A stretch of DNA of 64,000 nt from Mobula hypostoma (Eukaryota): contig NC_086129.1 of NCBI RefSeq assembly GCF_963921235.1, forward strand, positions 31,868,001 to 31,932,000. Reading direction: 5' to 3'. Under the pieces are notes generated by a model, which had not been told where the DNA came from, ran no database searches, and was given only the letters and a program-made list of their open reading frames with translations. Numbering within the stretch: the stretch's first letter is position 1; every line of letters begins with the position of its first letter. This document shows positions 12,346-26,189 of the stretch, in pieces. The translations under genes were made by a program, and so were the position numbers.

Positions 12346-14039
12346 AATTGCCACAAAATGCAGCGTGACAATTACCTAGCTACAACTACTACCAGTACAG
12401 AGCTGTTCAGTAAGCAATTTGCCATGCATGAAGGTTCTGCTGTCCATCTCATCAGCTCGCATCTGCCCATTTGTTACTAACTTGCGGTATGTAAGTAAAA
12501 ATAGCAATATGAGAACTGGTGTAAAGTAAGAAAATATGCAAGTCATTCTATTATAACTCAGACACTTCACATTGTAATTCTTTCTGGCAACTGCACACCA
12601 AACATACAAAATGGTAACAATGTACAAAAGCACATGAGGAACTCAGCAAGTCAGGCAGGATCTATGGAGGGAAATAGACAATATCCTTTTTCTCCCCCCA
12701 CTGTTCTGCTGTGATGTTTCAGCTGAGATAGAGCCAAACTGCTCAGATCCCTGGACTGAGTTCTGAGCTGCTTGTCACTGTTAACTTTTGTAAATTTCTC
12801 CACAAACTAATCCAGTTGTCTGACTCTTAACACTTTGATTTATGACAAACAGTGAAGGATCAAATACATTCATCAAGACACTAACCTGTTGGACATCTCT
12901 GCTCCTGTAAGAACACTATCAACTGTAATAATGTGCTTGTTGTCAACATCCCTTTAATTTGGTCCATCTTCTTTCTATCTTTACAGAAATATTGGTACAC
13001 AATACTCCCTCATGAACAACTGCTTCAGAGTGGGCGCAATTGGTTGAACTGACACATCTGACCTTTGCTGCAATTCAGAGGAAGGAAGTGATGGTACTTG
13101 GGTCTGTTCCTTGGTGTGGTAGCAATGCTTAAGGAAATTTTCTCCCACAAAGATCAATTGTAATGTCCATTAAAACAGTGAGCATTTAGGATATATACTG
13201 GTGAATTGTATTTTATAACAAAAAAAATCATATTTACTTTAATCAATTTCATTGCAATGCAGTGGTTGTGGAAAAATTCTTCTTGACTTTGCATGATTTT
13301 GTTCATCAATAATTAACCACATCAACAACCACACAGGAAATGTTTTGTGAGAAGAGACTAAGGTCCACTTGGTTTGGCTTCTCCACTCCTGACCATGTAA
13401 TATAATAGAAATGGTTCCATAGTCACTGCTTTGTCCTGTTCTCCACAGAGTTCTGTGCTGCCATCCACATGGACAGAAGTACGATTGCGATTGAAAGAAT
13501 TGGGAAGATGTGACCATTTCATAGAGCTTGTTGAGAGTGACCATAAGAGAAAGACATTACATTATACGAGCAAGATTTTGAGCTGCGATACCAACCATCA
13601 CTCTGCCACCACAGATGCTGCCTGTTCCGCTGAGTTCCTCCAGCAGAGTATTGAATTTGCAGCCTGTTGTGTCTCTCATTTAATATTACATGAGTATGGA
13701 TGTGAGCATCAGTGTTGGGAGGAAATATTGTGATTTAGAAAATATGCAAAGAAAGATTGTTGTCCCACAAGATTAAAGTGGAGTGCTGGAATAGGCTTTA
13801 AAAGGCACAGAGAGGATGTAAGGTTTCCTTATGTCATTGAATCTCTTCTTGAACTGGATTCAGTTGTGTGTACTCTGAGATAAAAAGTCAGAGCTCCTCT
13901 CAACATGTTGACAAAATAATGCAACCACCATCTGGTTGATTTTATGATGATCTTAGAATTGAGAAATGAAGAGCCTGAGATAACTCCCATATTTCATAAA
14001 CATTTTGTTCATTGAGATATACGCCTTTCTGGCCCTTCA

Positions 14040-14277
14040 AACCACGCCGTCCAGCAATATGCTGAATTAAGCCCTAAACTAAACAAGGGACAATTTACAA
14101 TGACCAATTAGCCTGCCAACTGGTACGTCTTTGGACTGTGTGAGGAAACCAGAGTACCCAGAGGAGGTCTACATGGTCACGGGGAAAATGGACAAACTCC
14201 TTCCAGGCAGCAGCAAGAAATGAACCCAGATCGCTGGTACTATAAGCACGGTGCTAACCACTATGCTACTGTGCCAT
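14040..14277 (-). mobile_element. tRNA-derived SINE (V-SINE/HE1-like)
   Basis: The reverse complement starts with an A-box-like tggcacagtagcatagtgg and a B-box-like gggttca, then the conserved ggtttcctcacacagtccaaagac core. Confidence 0.75.
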
Positions 14278-15194
14278 CCATTGCAGCAATGCCTGTAGGA
14301 TGAGTGTACATGCATTAATGAAGGTGGACAACAACATTAGAAATTGACCGAAAATATAGCATTCCTTCATTGCCTGAGAGAACCAAAGTTCTTCGTATGT
14401 ATAAGATGTTAAGAGGACTGACAGGAGAAGCTGGTGGGGGTGTGGCTTGGGTTTGGGGGGAGATATATTTATCCTCCTGTGGATTTGTTCCAAAATTTCT
14501 GAAATTATCCATACGTTACATTACTTGACTATACTGACTACTACATTTGGGGTCCTGCTGTTATGCCCCTTTTCCTATCTCCTTAAAATCTGCTTGCAGG
14601 ATCTCATCTGTTTGTCTCTGTTGTTGGTCCTGAAGTGGACCACAACTTCCAATTGTTCACCCTTCCTCTTCAGGATACTTGTCCTGTGACATCCATGATT
14701 TAGGCACCAGGAAGTCAACACACCATCTTAAAGTCAGGTCAATGGCCACATGAACAATTGTTTGTCACCATCAGTTGAGTGCCTTACTCTAAATGCTCTC
14801 TCATTTTTCTTCCTTGCTGTCTATGCAGCTGAGTCACATGCTGTGCCGTGATCCTGGTTTTTGTAGTCCTCTGTGGAACTACCATCCTCACTTGTACACA
14901 AAAGGGAATAACTCTTAGTCCTGATACAAAGTTTTGAATCAAAACACCAACAATTCCTTCCACCAAACCCTTCCCCTACAGATGCTTCTCGACACAATTA
15001 GTTCCTTCAGCAGATTGCTTGTTGCCCCAGATTCCCACAATTACAGTGTATTATGTCTACAAAAGGGAATGCCCTGCAAGGACAAGAAGAACTCTATAGA
15101 CATGCTTGGGAGGACACAATATAAGAGCAAAACTGTGGGAAATGTAGCCAGTGAGGTTGAGAACTTTGTCAGCTAAAGTGAAGAAGAGAGACCA

Positions 15195-17600
15195 TAAGAC
15201 CGCAAGACATAGGAGCAGAATTAGGCCATTCAGCCCATTGAGACCACTCTGCCATTCCATCATGGCCGATTTATTATCCTTCTCAACCTCAATTTCCTGC
15301 TTTCTCTCTATGACCTTTGACGCCCAGATTAATCAAGAACCTATCAACTTCTGCTTTAAACATACCCAGTGACTTGGCCTGCACAGCTGTCTGTGGCAAT
15401 GAATTGCACAGATTCACCACCCTCTAGCTAAAGCAATTTTCCCTCATCTCCTTTCTAAATGGGCATCCCTCAATTCTGAGGTTGTGCCCCCTGGTCCTAG
15501 AGTCTCCACGATAGGAAACATCCTCTCCACGGGCTACGGTAGGAAACATAGTCACATGGTGTGAGCAGAATTATCTGCAGCTTAATGTGAAAAAGACTAA
15601 GGAGCTGGTGGTAGACCTGAGGAGAACTAAGGTACCGGTGACCCCTGTTTCCATCCAGGGGGTCAGTGTGGACATGGTGGAGGATTACAAATACCTGGGA
15701 ATACAAATTGACAATAAACTGGACTAGTCTAAGAACACTGAGGCTGTCTACAAGAAGGGTCAGAGCCATCTCTATTTCCTGAGGAGACTGAGGTCCTTTA
15801 ACATCTGCCGGACGATGCTGAGGATGTTCTACGAGTCTGTGGTGGCCAGTGCTATCATGTTTGCTGTTGTGTGCTGGGGCAGCAGGCTGAGGGTAGCAGA
15901 CACCAACAGAATCAACAAACTCATTCGTAAGGCCAGTGATGTTGTAGGGATGGAACTGGACTCTCTGACGGTGGTGTCTGAAAAGAGGATGCTGTCCAAG
16001 TTGCATGCCATCTTGGTCAATATCTCCCATCCACTACATAATGTACTGGGTGGACACAGGAGTACATTCAGCCAAAGACTCATTCCTCCGAGATGCAGCA
16101 CAGAGCGTCATAGGAAGTCATTCCTGCCTGTGGCCATCAAACTTTACAACTCCTCCCTTGGAGGGTCAGACACCCTGAGCCGATAGGCTGGTCCTGGACT
16201 TATTTCATAATTTACTGGCATAATTTACATATTACTATTTAACTATTTATGGTTCTATTACTATTTATTATTTATGGTGCAACTGTAACGAAAACCAATT
16301 TCCCCTGGGATCAATAAAGTATGACTATGACTATTTATCTAGGTCTTTCAATATTGAATAGTTTTCAATGAGATCCCCTCTCATTTTTCTAAACGCCAAT
16401 GAGTACAAGCCCAGAACCATCAAATGCGCCTCATATTAACCCCTACGTTCCTGGGTCATTCTTGTGAATCTCCTCTGGACCATTTTCATTGACTCTTTTC
16501 TTAGATGAGGGACCAAAAACTACTCACAATATTCCAAGTGTGGTCTGATCAATGCCTTATAAAGCATAAAGGCTCAGCCTTACATCGTTGCTTTTGTAGT
16601 CTAGTCATCTCAAAATGAATGCTAACATTGCCTTCCTTATCACCGACTCAACCTGCAAGTTAACCTTTGTGGAATCTAGCACAAGGATTCCCAGGACCCT
16701 TTGCACCTCTGATTTTTCAATTTTCTCCCCATTTGGAAAATAGTCCAATGCCTTTATTCCTTCTGCCAAAGTGCATGACCATGCATTTTCCTGCATTATA
16801 TTCCACCTGCCACTCTTTGCCCATTGCTCCTTGCTCCAATCTAAGTCCTTCTGCTGACAGCCTGCTTCTTCAACACTACCTGCCCCTCCACCTTTGTATT
16901 GTCCCCAGACTTGGCCACAAGGGCATTAATTTTTTTAACCAAATCATTGACATTTAGCGTGAAAAGAAGTGGTTCCAATACTGATATCTGTGGCTCACCA
17001 CTAGTCACTGGCAGCCAACCAGAAAAGGTCTCCTTTATTCCCACTGTTTGCTTCCTGCTAGTCAGCCAATCTTCTCTCTGTTCTAGTGCCTTTTCTGTAA
17101 TACCATCTTATCTTGTTAAGCAGCCTCATGTGCAATGCCTTGTCAAAAGCCTTCTGAAAATCCAAATAAACTATTTCCACTGACTCTCCTTTGTCCATCC
17201 TGACTGTTAGTTCCTCAAAGAATTCCACCAAATTTGTCAGGCAAGATTTCCCCTTTCGAAAACCATGCTGACTTTGGCCTATTTTATCATGGACACTAAG
17301 TACGCAGAAACTTCATCCTTAATAACAGACACCAACATCTTTCCAACCACTGAAGTCAAATTATCTGGTCTATAATTTCCTTACTTCTGTCTCCCTCCCT
17401 TCTTAAAGAGTGGAGTGACATTTGCAATTTCCCTGTCCTCCAGAACCATTCCAGAATCTAGTGATTCTCAAAAGACCATTACTAATTCCTCCACAATCTC
17501 TTCAGCTACTTCTTTCAGAACCCTAAGGTGTAGTCCATCTGGCCCAGGTGACTTATCTACCTTCAGAATTTTCAGCTTCCCAAGTACCTTCTCCTTAGTA
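15195..17600 (-). mobile_element. CR1 LINE 3' half, split by a Rex1 insertion
   Basis: The 3' tail begins at ~15195. CR1 sequence stops at ~15531 and resumes at ~16335. RT peptides are seen in the minus-strand ORFs 16605..16796 and 16841..17044. Confidence 0.85.
15535..16334 (+). mobile_element. Rex1/Babar LINE, 5'-truncated and relatively well preserved
   Basis: Open C-terminal ORF LRMFYESVVASAIMFAVVCWG...HPLH...RKSFLPVAIKLYN, followed by AATAAA and an (ATGACT)n tail. Confidence 0.85.
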
Positions 17601-17812
17601 ATAGTGTAGGATTTTGTGAATAAAACATGTAAAAGTCATTTTATGTGCTTAACAAAAGCCGCAGCCCTCACTTCCATTACAAGCAAACCAAAAACAGTCA
17701 CTGACATCATTATATCAGATACCGTCTCTTAAAGTGAACACAACAGTCAGTGACAGTGTTTGTGAATTATGTACATCAGGTTCTATTACAAACAATATGT
17801 GCCATCTGTCAC

Positions 17813-18245
17813 CCAGAAAGGTTGAACAAGTTAGGTCTTTATTCTTTGGAGTGTAGAAGGTTGAGAGGGGACTTGATTGAGGTGTTTAAAATTATGAGGG
17901 GAATTGATAAGAGTTGACATGGATAAGCTTTTTCCATTGAGAATGGGGGAGATTCAAACAAAAGGACATGAGTTGAGAGTTAAAGGGCAAAAGTTTAGGG
18001 GTAACATGAGGGGGAACTTCTTTACTCAGAGAGTGGTAGCTGTGTGGAACAAACTTCCAGCAGAAGTGGTTGAGGCAGGTTCGATGTTGTCGTTTAAAGT
18101 TAAATTGGATAGATATATGGACAGGAAGGGAATGGGGGGTTATGGACCGAGTACAGGTCAGTGGGACTAGGTGAGAGTAGGAGTTCGACACGGACTAGAA
18201 GGGCCGAGATGGCCTGTTTCCGTGCTGTAATTGTTATATGGTTAT
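17813..18245 (+). mobile_element. CR1 LINE 3' end (young subfamily)
   Basis: Highly similar to 44130..44570 and 45375..45805; ends gtgctgtaattgttatatggttat. Confidence 0.88.
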
Positions 18246-18589
18246 CCAGTTATTATATTATCTTACACAGCCCCCACCCCCTTCCAGAATTCACTAAAAC
18301 TAACATTGTGAGTCTGTCTGGAATTTTATGAGCCACTTGGCATGGATCATATGTGCCTTGGTTGAAGTAACAGCAGGTGCCTCTGGTTTGCCCAGGGGTG
18401 TACTGACATGCACATGGTCATGTCATGATGCAGGGGATATGATAGTGGAACCATCCAGGTCTTGGTGGGTCATTTTAAGATGATCTACAAAAATACCCTT
18501 CTTAGCTACAATAAAAGTCTTTTTGCTCTGCTCCAAAACACAGAACGGGGTTGTTGATGTGCATCATGCAGACAAAAATGAAAGTGGTA

Positions 18590-21430
18590 CAGTGCCTATA
18601 AAAAGTATTCACCTACCTTGGAAGTTTTCTAGTTTGATTATTTTACAACATTGAATCACAGTGGATTTAATTTGGCTTATTTTGACACTGATCAACAGAA
18701 AAAGACTCTTCTGTGTCAAGGTGAAAACAGATCTCTACAAAATGATCTAAATTAATTACAAATATAAAACACAAAATAATTGATTGTATAAGTATTCACC
18801 TCCTTTAATATGACACACCAAATCATCACTGGTGCAGCTAATTGGTTTTAGAAGTCACATAATTAGTTAAATGGAGATCACCTGTGTGCAGTCAAAGTGT
18901 TTCAGTTGATTGTAGTAAAAATACTCCTGTATCTGGAGGGTCCAACTGCTGGTGAGGGATTCAATCACAGCCGTCCATCAAAGTGTCTTTTGCAGAGGAA
19001 GTCAGAGCGCCAAAGTAAAATTAAAAGATACCCATTTTTAGATTTGGTTAATAACTGGGCTGTGAAATTGAACCTGACTGAGGAAGACATAGTTGACCAA
19101 ATTTGCTTGCCACCCGTCCCTTTTTGGCTCTTTCCAGAACCAGAAGTAGACCTATTCCACCTTTTTCAGCTTAAAGGAAGCAGTGCAATTTCATCAGTGT
19201 TGATCACAATTGAATATTTAAATAATAAATGGTGGTCTTTTCTGAAGATTTTTACTGATGGCTCAGTGGACCCAGAGAGCAGTAGGGCAGGATTTGGGAT
19301 ATATGTGTCTCAACTTGGAGTTAAGATTGGTCACTGGGTTTCAGATGGTGTTTCTGTCTTTGTAACAGAATTATTAGCAATACTCTGGGCCTTATGGTGG
19401 ATAGAAGACTCTCGACCACGTGGGGTTATCATCTGTTCAGATTCTGCTTAGAGGCTATAAAGGGGAGTAAGTCAAAAGCTCGTCCTGACATTGAGATTCT
19501 CTTAGTGTTGTTTAGAGTAGGGAAGATGGGTTGTGCAGTTAGATTTTCATGGATACCTGGGCATGCTGGGGTGGAGGGAAATGAAATTGTGGATGGCATT
19601 GCAAAGTCTTCCTTACAGAGCAGGCAAGTAGAAATTAGAGTTCCCCTAGGCAGAGCAGAATTGAAAAGTAGGATTAAAAAAGGTATAGAGAAGTGGCAGG
19701 AGGATTGGAAAAATGAATTTAAGGGGCAGGCATTATTTTTCTAGTCACCCACCAGTTAAAAAGGTCTCAGACTGTTCCCTTTTAAGTCGTAGAGATATGG
19801 TGAAATTTACAAGACTTAGGTTGGGGCATTGTGGGCTAAACTATTATTTAAAGATAATAGGAAAACATCCTACTGGATTATGTGACTGTGGTAGTCCAGA
19901 GACAATCCAGCATGTTTTGCTGAGCTGTAATCGATACAAAATTGAAAGAAGCATGTTGTTCAAGAGGCTATCTGGCTTAAATTTATTCTGGCTTTCTATT
20001 AAATCTTTGTTTGGCCATCAAGAGAATCAACATCTGATTGAAGAGTCTATTATTCAGTTTATACATGAGACTAGGTTGTATTCAAGAATTTGAGTTCCTT
20101 GAAGTTCTATAGTTAATTATACATCCTGCGGAGGGCTGTAATATGCCTAGATGCGTCCAAACAGCCGGAAATAGAAGAAGAAGAAGAAGGACTGCTGGTG
20201 AGTCAGTATCCTGGCAAAAACTACACCATGAAGACAAAAGAACACTCCAAGCAACTCTGTGAAAAGGATATTGAAAAACACAAGTCAGGGGATGGATACA
20301 AGAAATTTTCCAAGTCACTGCATATCTCTTGGATATTCAAGAAATGGAAAGAATATGGTACAGCTGTAAATCTGAGTGACTGTGCAAGAAGGGGACTAAT
20401 AAGGGAGACCACCAAGAGACCAATGACAGCTCTGGAGGAATTACAAGCTTCAGTGGCTGAGATGGGAGAGATTGCACATGCAACAACTGTTGATCAGATG
20501 CTTCATTAGTTGCTGCTTTATGGGAGAGTGGTAAAGAGAAATGCACTGTTGAAAAAAAACTTGCATGAAATCTCAGCTAAAGTTTGCCGAAAGGCATATG
20601 GGAGACTGAAGCTGGCTGGAAAAAGGTTCTATGGTCTGATGAAACCAATATTGAGCTTTTTTGGCCATCAGACTAAATGCTGTGTTTGGCCTAAACCAAA
20701 CACGGCACATCATCAAAACACCTGATCACTACTGTGAAGCATGGTGGTGGCTGTGTCGTGCAGTGGGGTTGCTTCACTGCAGCAGGCCCTGGAAGGCTTG
20801 TGAAGGTAGAGGGTAAAATGAATGCAGCAAAATACAGGGAAATCCTGGAGAAAAACCTGATGCAGTCTGCAAGAGAACTGTGACTTGGGAGAAAACTTGT
20901 TTTCAAGCAAGACAATGACCCTAAGCATAAAGCCAAAGCTACACAGGAGTGGCTCAAAAAGAACAAAGTTAATGTCCTGGAGTGGCTAAGTCAAAGTCCA
21001 GACCTCAATCCAATTGAGAATTTGTGGCTGGACTTGAAAAGAGCTGTTCACTCACGATCCCCATGCAATCTGACAAGAGCTTGAGCAGATTCGTAAAGAA
21101 GAATGGGGAAAATTTGCAGTGTCCAGATGGGCAAAGCTGATAGAGACCTATCCACACAGACTCAAGGCTGTAATTGCTGCCAAATGTGCATCTACTAAAT
21201 ACTAACTTGAAGGGGGTGAAGACTTATGCAGTTAATTATTTTATGTTTCATATTTAGAATTAATTTAGATCACTTTGTAGAGACCTGTTCTAACTTTGAC
21301 ACAAAAGAGTCTTTTTCTGTTGATCAGGGTAAAAAAGAAAAGCCAAATTAAATCCACAGTGATTCAATGTTGTAAAACAATAAAACATGAAAACTTTCAA
21401 GGGGCGGTTGAATACTTTTTATAGGCACTA
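18590..21430 (+). mobile_element. Tc1 DNA transposon, both TIRs present, transposase pseudogene at ~20228..21205
   Basis: TA|CAGTGCCTATAAAAAGTATTCACC at the left end and its inverse GAATACTTTTTATAGGCACTA|TA at the right. DD-E region motifs KHGGG..V..WGCF, QDNDPKH and [11 protein letters not shown]. Confidence 0.92.
18957..20190 (+). mobile_element. Nimb/I-group LINE 3' fragment (RNase H plus CCHC finger) nested in the Tc1
   Basis: RNase H motifs FTDGS, ELLAIL.AL, IICSDS and WIPGHAGVEGNE; finger RLRLGHCGLN..CDCGSPETIQHVLLSC; (GAA)n tail; 12-bp TSD ACTGCTGGTGAG at 18945..18956 and 20191..20202. Confidence 0.85.
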
Positions 21431-21434
21431 TAGA

Positions 21435-22527
21435 GAGGGAGGTAGGAATAGGTGTAAAAGAACTGAGTTTACTGCGGAGCTCTGCTGAGATACCAACCAG
21501 ATGTTGTGGAGCAGAAATAAAATCACCTGGCACCTGTAACAGCTGCTCATATACCAACTCCACTGCGGAAGACTGCATGTCCTCTTCTGAGCTCCAGCAG
21601 GATCCAAGCAGGATGATTGTGCCAAAACTCCTCCATCAAGCAGGCCCTTGGAGCAGCCTTTAAGGAATGATGAAACCACTCACACAGCCCACTGGATTGT
21701 GGACGATATGCTGTGGTGTGATGCAATTTAATGCTGAGGTTCTGGAGGTCTGACATGATTTGGGGACATGGTCGGAAGAACTGCCTGATCCCGGTGTTGA
21801 TGAACACCCGAGCCACATCCACAGCCACTGTCAATGCTAGAAGGGCAACCTCTGGCCAATTTTTGATGCGCTCTACCATGGTAAGTAGATCAGCGAATCT
21901 TCGGGAGGGGAAAGGGGACCAACCAGGTCCACGTTAAAGTGGTCAAACCATCGCTCAGGCACCTCAAAAGATGCCGATGGTGCCCGAAGGTGATGGTTAA
22001 TTTTCCCTCACTGACACACAACACAGGTTGCACTCCATTCTCGCATGGCCTCTCTAAGGCCATGCCACACAAACCTTAAAGCAACCATTTTCTGTGAAGC
22101 CTTCCCACCTGGATGCGAGAGGCCATAAATGGAGTTACAAACAATACATCTGCAGTTTGCAGGCACTATGGGGCAAAGGTGACATGTTGAGACATTGCAC
22201 AAGAGAGTAACTCCTGCATCCCAGAACTTGACATCAGCCAACTGCAAGCCCATGACTGCTGCCTTGTAAGCCTGGACCTCTGGCTTGGCAACTCGGTCGG
22301 CTGCCATGTCGGCATTGTCAACACTGATGTGTATGGCATCAATGGTGGGCCACAGGTGGCAATCAGCCACGGCATTAGTTTTCCCTTGGATGTGCTGTAT
22401 GGCAGTCATGAATTTCGAAATGTTAGCCAGGTAGAGTTGCTGGCGTGCAGTCCAAGAGACGGGATACTTTGTGCGTGGGGGTTTTATAGTCAACAAACGA
22501 CGTGAAATGCCGACCCTCCAGTAGAAA
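21435..22527 (-). mobile_element. Gypsy pol remnant (RNase H end, integrase zinc-binding region and core)
   Basis: TARQQLYLANISKF.TAIQHIQGKTNAVAD, HPGGKASQKMVALRFVWHGLR...CVVCQ, and the integrase core around ERIKNWPEV. Confidence 0.85.
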
Positions 22528-23904
22528 ATGAAAATGGCAGATGGTCAGAGAGAGACCAAGAAGCTCATGGTCAGACGTACTGTACTTCCTCTTGTAGGGG
22601 AGGTGGGTTGGGGTTTGGGGGTGGAGCTGCCGGCTGAAGAAGTTGGTTGGAGGCTGTCATGTCTGCTGACCACTCAAGCATATAATTGGGGCAATGCCTT
22701 TAAGGGCACTCTACAAGGGGAGCATAAATTCAGCAGCTTGCGGAAAGAAACAGTGATAAAAATTCACCATACTTCAAAAAAAAATCTGGCAGTGCTTTGG
22801 TTGTGCAGGGCAGTGGAAAATCCTTAATAGCGGTGACTTTTGATGGCAGGGGTTTTGCACCTTCTGCAGAGATGCATTGGCCAAGAAATTCAACGGCAGA
22901 CAACCTGAACTGTCATCTGTCCCCCATTATATTACCCTACAATGGCAACGACACTCACTTTTGCCCCCTGACATTTTTGCATTTCTGGTATTGTTCTTGT
23001 CTTCCACAGTGAAGAATGACGCAAAATACTTATTAATGAAAGTTGAAGATATCCCAAAAACAATTATTGCTAATGTGCAAAGAGTTTTCAGGTGACTTTG
23101 TTTGAATTCAATTGCAACTTAATTTGTGTTGACCCATGTCACTATTTAGAGTACAAGTATTCTTTTCCCTAAGATAGTAGGATTGCAGAAGGAAGCCATC
23201 TAACCAAAGAATTGCTATGTGTTTAAAAATAATAGTGATGTGAAAGATATGATATAAATTCTACTCAGGCCATCAAAGATAACTGTGTCTTGTGCTACTG
23301 AATAGAAAGTTTTTAAGGTTTTTTTGCACAAGGAAATGTAATTGAAATTATTGGGATCACATTGTATTTGCTTTGTGGCTTGTTTGCAGAACTGTGACAG
23401 AAAATTAAAACTTGCTCTGAGATCACTTGGTCTAGGCTGTTTAAGTGGAATATCTGCTTGCTTCCTTAAGGCAAATTGTGGCCACAATGCATCCAACTCC
23501 TTATATAGTTTGCTTTTGACATGGTTACTGTGGTGAAAACAACAAAACAAATATCCAATGGTCTGGCAGAGGAAATGATGCTGAACAGTGCAAAATACAG
23601 TTTTCATAGTATTAAGTTGTCTTGGGACTTCTTGGTGTCACTCAAAAAATATTTCATTATTCTGTTTATTTTGAGGAGGAGAAAAATTCTCGCGTGTTAC
23701 TATTCTGACAGGATTGGCCTGAAATCAGCAGACTTTAAAGATTAACTTGATTGGACTCTGAAGCAGAATATAAGGACTATAAGACAAAGGAGCAGAATTT
23801 GACCCACTGAGTCTGATCCACCATTCAACTGTTACTGTTTTCTCTACCTCTCAAACTTATTCTCCCTCCTTTTCCCCATAATCTTTACAGAGAAGAAAAT
23901 TGTA

Positions 23905-25320
23905 AATATGAGAGGTTTTGCAGATGCTGGAAATCCAAACCAACACACACAAAATGCTGGAGGAACTCAGCAGGTCAGGCAACATCTATGAAAATGAATA
24001 AAGAATAGATGTTTCAGGTCAAGACCCTTTTTCTAGACTGGAAAGGAAGGGGGAAAATGCCAGAATTTAAAAATGGGGGAGGGGAAGGATGATGGCTAGA
24101 AGGTGATAGGTGAAGCCAGGTGGGTGAGAAAGGTAAAGGGCCAGAGAGGAAGGAAGGGGGATAGGAGGGGAGAGTGGACCATAGGAGAAAGGGAAGGGGG
24201 AGGGGTCCCACAGGGAGGTGATAGGCAGGTGAGAAGAGGTAAGAGGTCAGAGTTGGGAATAGAAGTTTATAGGGACTGAACATCCATGGTGAAAATGAGG
24301 TGGTCAGGGCCAGGGAATTGAAAGCTGCTGAGGAGATTGAGACCATGAGAAGTGTTGCTGATGTAGGTGGGAAGGGACTAAATCAAGGGGGATAGAATGG
24401 AGTCAAGATATGAGGACACAAGTTCAGTGGGGACGGAACAGGCAAAGACAGTGAGCCAACTTGGACAGTCCGATGTGTGGATCTTGGGTAAGAGGTAGGA
24501 ACGAGCAGTGCAGGGTAAGGGAACTATGAGATTGGTGGCAGTAGATGGGAGTTCTCTAGAGTTGATGAGGTCAGCGATGGTGTCGGAGACAGGTTTCTGA
24601 TGGCCTGGAGTGGGATCCTATTCAAGGGGTAGTTATGAGGAGTTGTCTGAGAGTTGCGTCACATGACAACAGCACCCACTTTGTCTGCGAAGTTGATGGT
24701 GAGGTTGGGATTGGTGCGGAGAGAGTGGAGGGCAGTGCATTCATAAGGGGTAAGATTCAAGGAGGAGAGGGAAGTGCTGAAGTCAAGGCAGTTGAGGTCT
24801 CGTCGGCAATTCGAGATGAAAAGATCTAGAGCAGGCAGAGAACTAGAGCGGGGTGTCCAAGAAGAAGAGGAGGGTTGGAGACAGGAGAAACGGTCATCAA
24901 TGTGGAGTGTTGAATTCTTGCCAAAAAAGTAGGCTTGAAGGCAGAGGCGACGGAAGAAGAGCTGGGTGTCATGGCGAGCATGGAACTCAGTGAGGTGTTG
25001 GCGAAGGGGAGCAAAGGTAAGGCCCTTTGAACATTTCCTCAAGCTCTGAGGCAATGGTGAAGGCATAGTAAGAGAGTTGGTGGCACCAGAGGAGAGGGGA
25101 GGGTTGGGGTGTTCAGGGAAGGAGGGGTGGGATGTAGATGGAGGCTCTGAGGACCCTTGAGGTGACAGTGGAGCCCGAGAGACCCTGGGCTGGAGAGTGA
25201 TGGTGGGGAAAGTGGAGTCCGGGGGCCTGGCGGTAGCGAGGAAAATCTTGTTCAGGAGGTGCTGGCGGCTGAGGTCCAGACTGGAGCCAGAATTAGAGGC
25301 CGCGCATTACGGAGAAGATG
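23905..25320 (-). mobile_element. Penelope-like element with internal deletions (RT N-terminus plus 3' pseudo-LTR)
   Basis: SKGLTFAP...FFRRLCLQAYFF...WTP...LDLFISNC...NPNLTINFADKVGAVV, followed by a pseudo-LTR with a mutated hammerhead core. Confidence 0.85.
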
Positions 25321-26189
25321 TGTCATTTTTAGCTAGCTTTGACTAGTTGAGGAAAACATTGTAGATTGAAAGAAAATATGCTTGACTGCAGCGTGGGAGA
25401 AGGTGGCAAATTATTTGAGTAGACCTCCAAGGATTGCCCTAATAACACTGATAATACTGCACAATGGGGCCTCACTGTCCCACACGGATTCAAGAGCACA
25501 CTTCCTATTTCTGACAATTGTCATTCTATTCTAGGAGTTGTACTTGAAGCCATGCATGTTTGCCTGAAGTTGAGTCTACAAGCTGTAACAATGCAAGATC
25601 AGCTTTGTACGCCTTTGAGAAATATATTCTGATCAGTTTATATTGTGAGTTGTGGAAGTGGTATTTGGAGTATGTGACCTGATAAGCCCTTGAGGGTAGC
25701 GCATCTGAAATGCTCTTGGGAGTGTTGCAGGACTGTTTTAAATGTTTATCTGTCAACTTGAAAAATCTTCTCTGAGCAAGCACCCTCCATAAAGACAGTC
25801 AACACAGTTGTTGAAACTTACTGCCTTTTGACATGAAAGCTTTCAGTGGTACATAATTCCATGGTAGCTTCAACAACCTCTATTCTTAATTTAATGACTA
25901 GAACTGCTAAGTATTGTGGACCAGTCTCCATTAGGACTGCCAACTCTCTAAGACTGGCCTGTGGTCACTAACAATTAAAGACTAACCTCTTGGGTGCTGC
26001 TGTAAATGACCTAGAAGAAATTTGTACTGAAATCCCAAAAGACTTCACTTTCTTTGAAAGCTTTTGGTAGTTATTTCTAAATTGGAGATGGAATGAATAT
26101 CTGTTTGACCATCTTAGCAGGTCAAAACTTGGAAAGTTGCAAATGGAACATAGAATAAATATATGGGTTGTTTTCTATCAACAGAGTCT

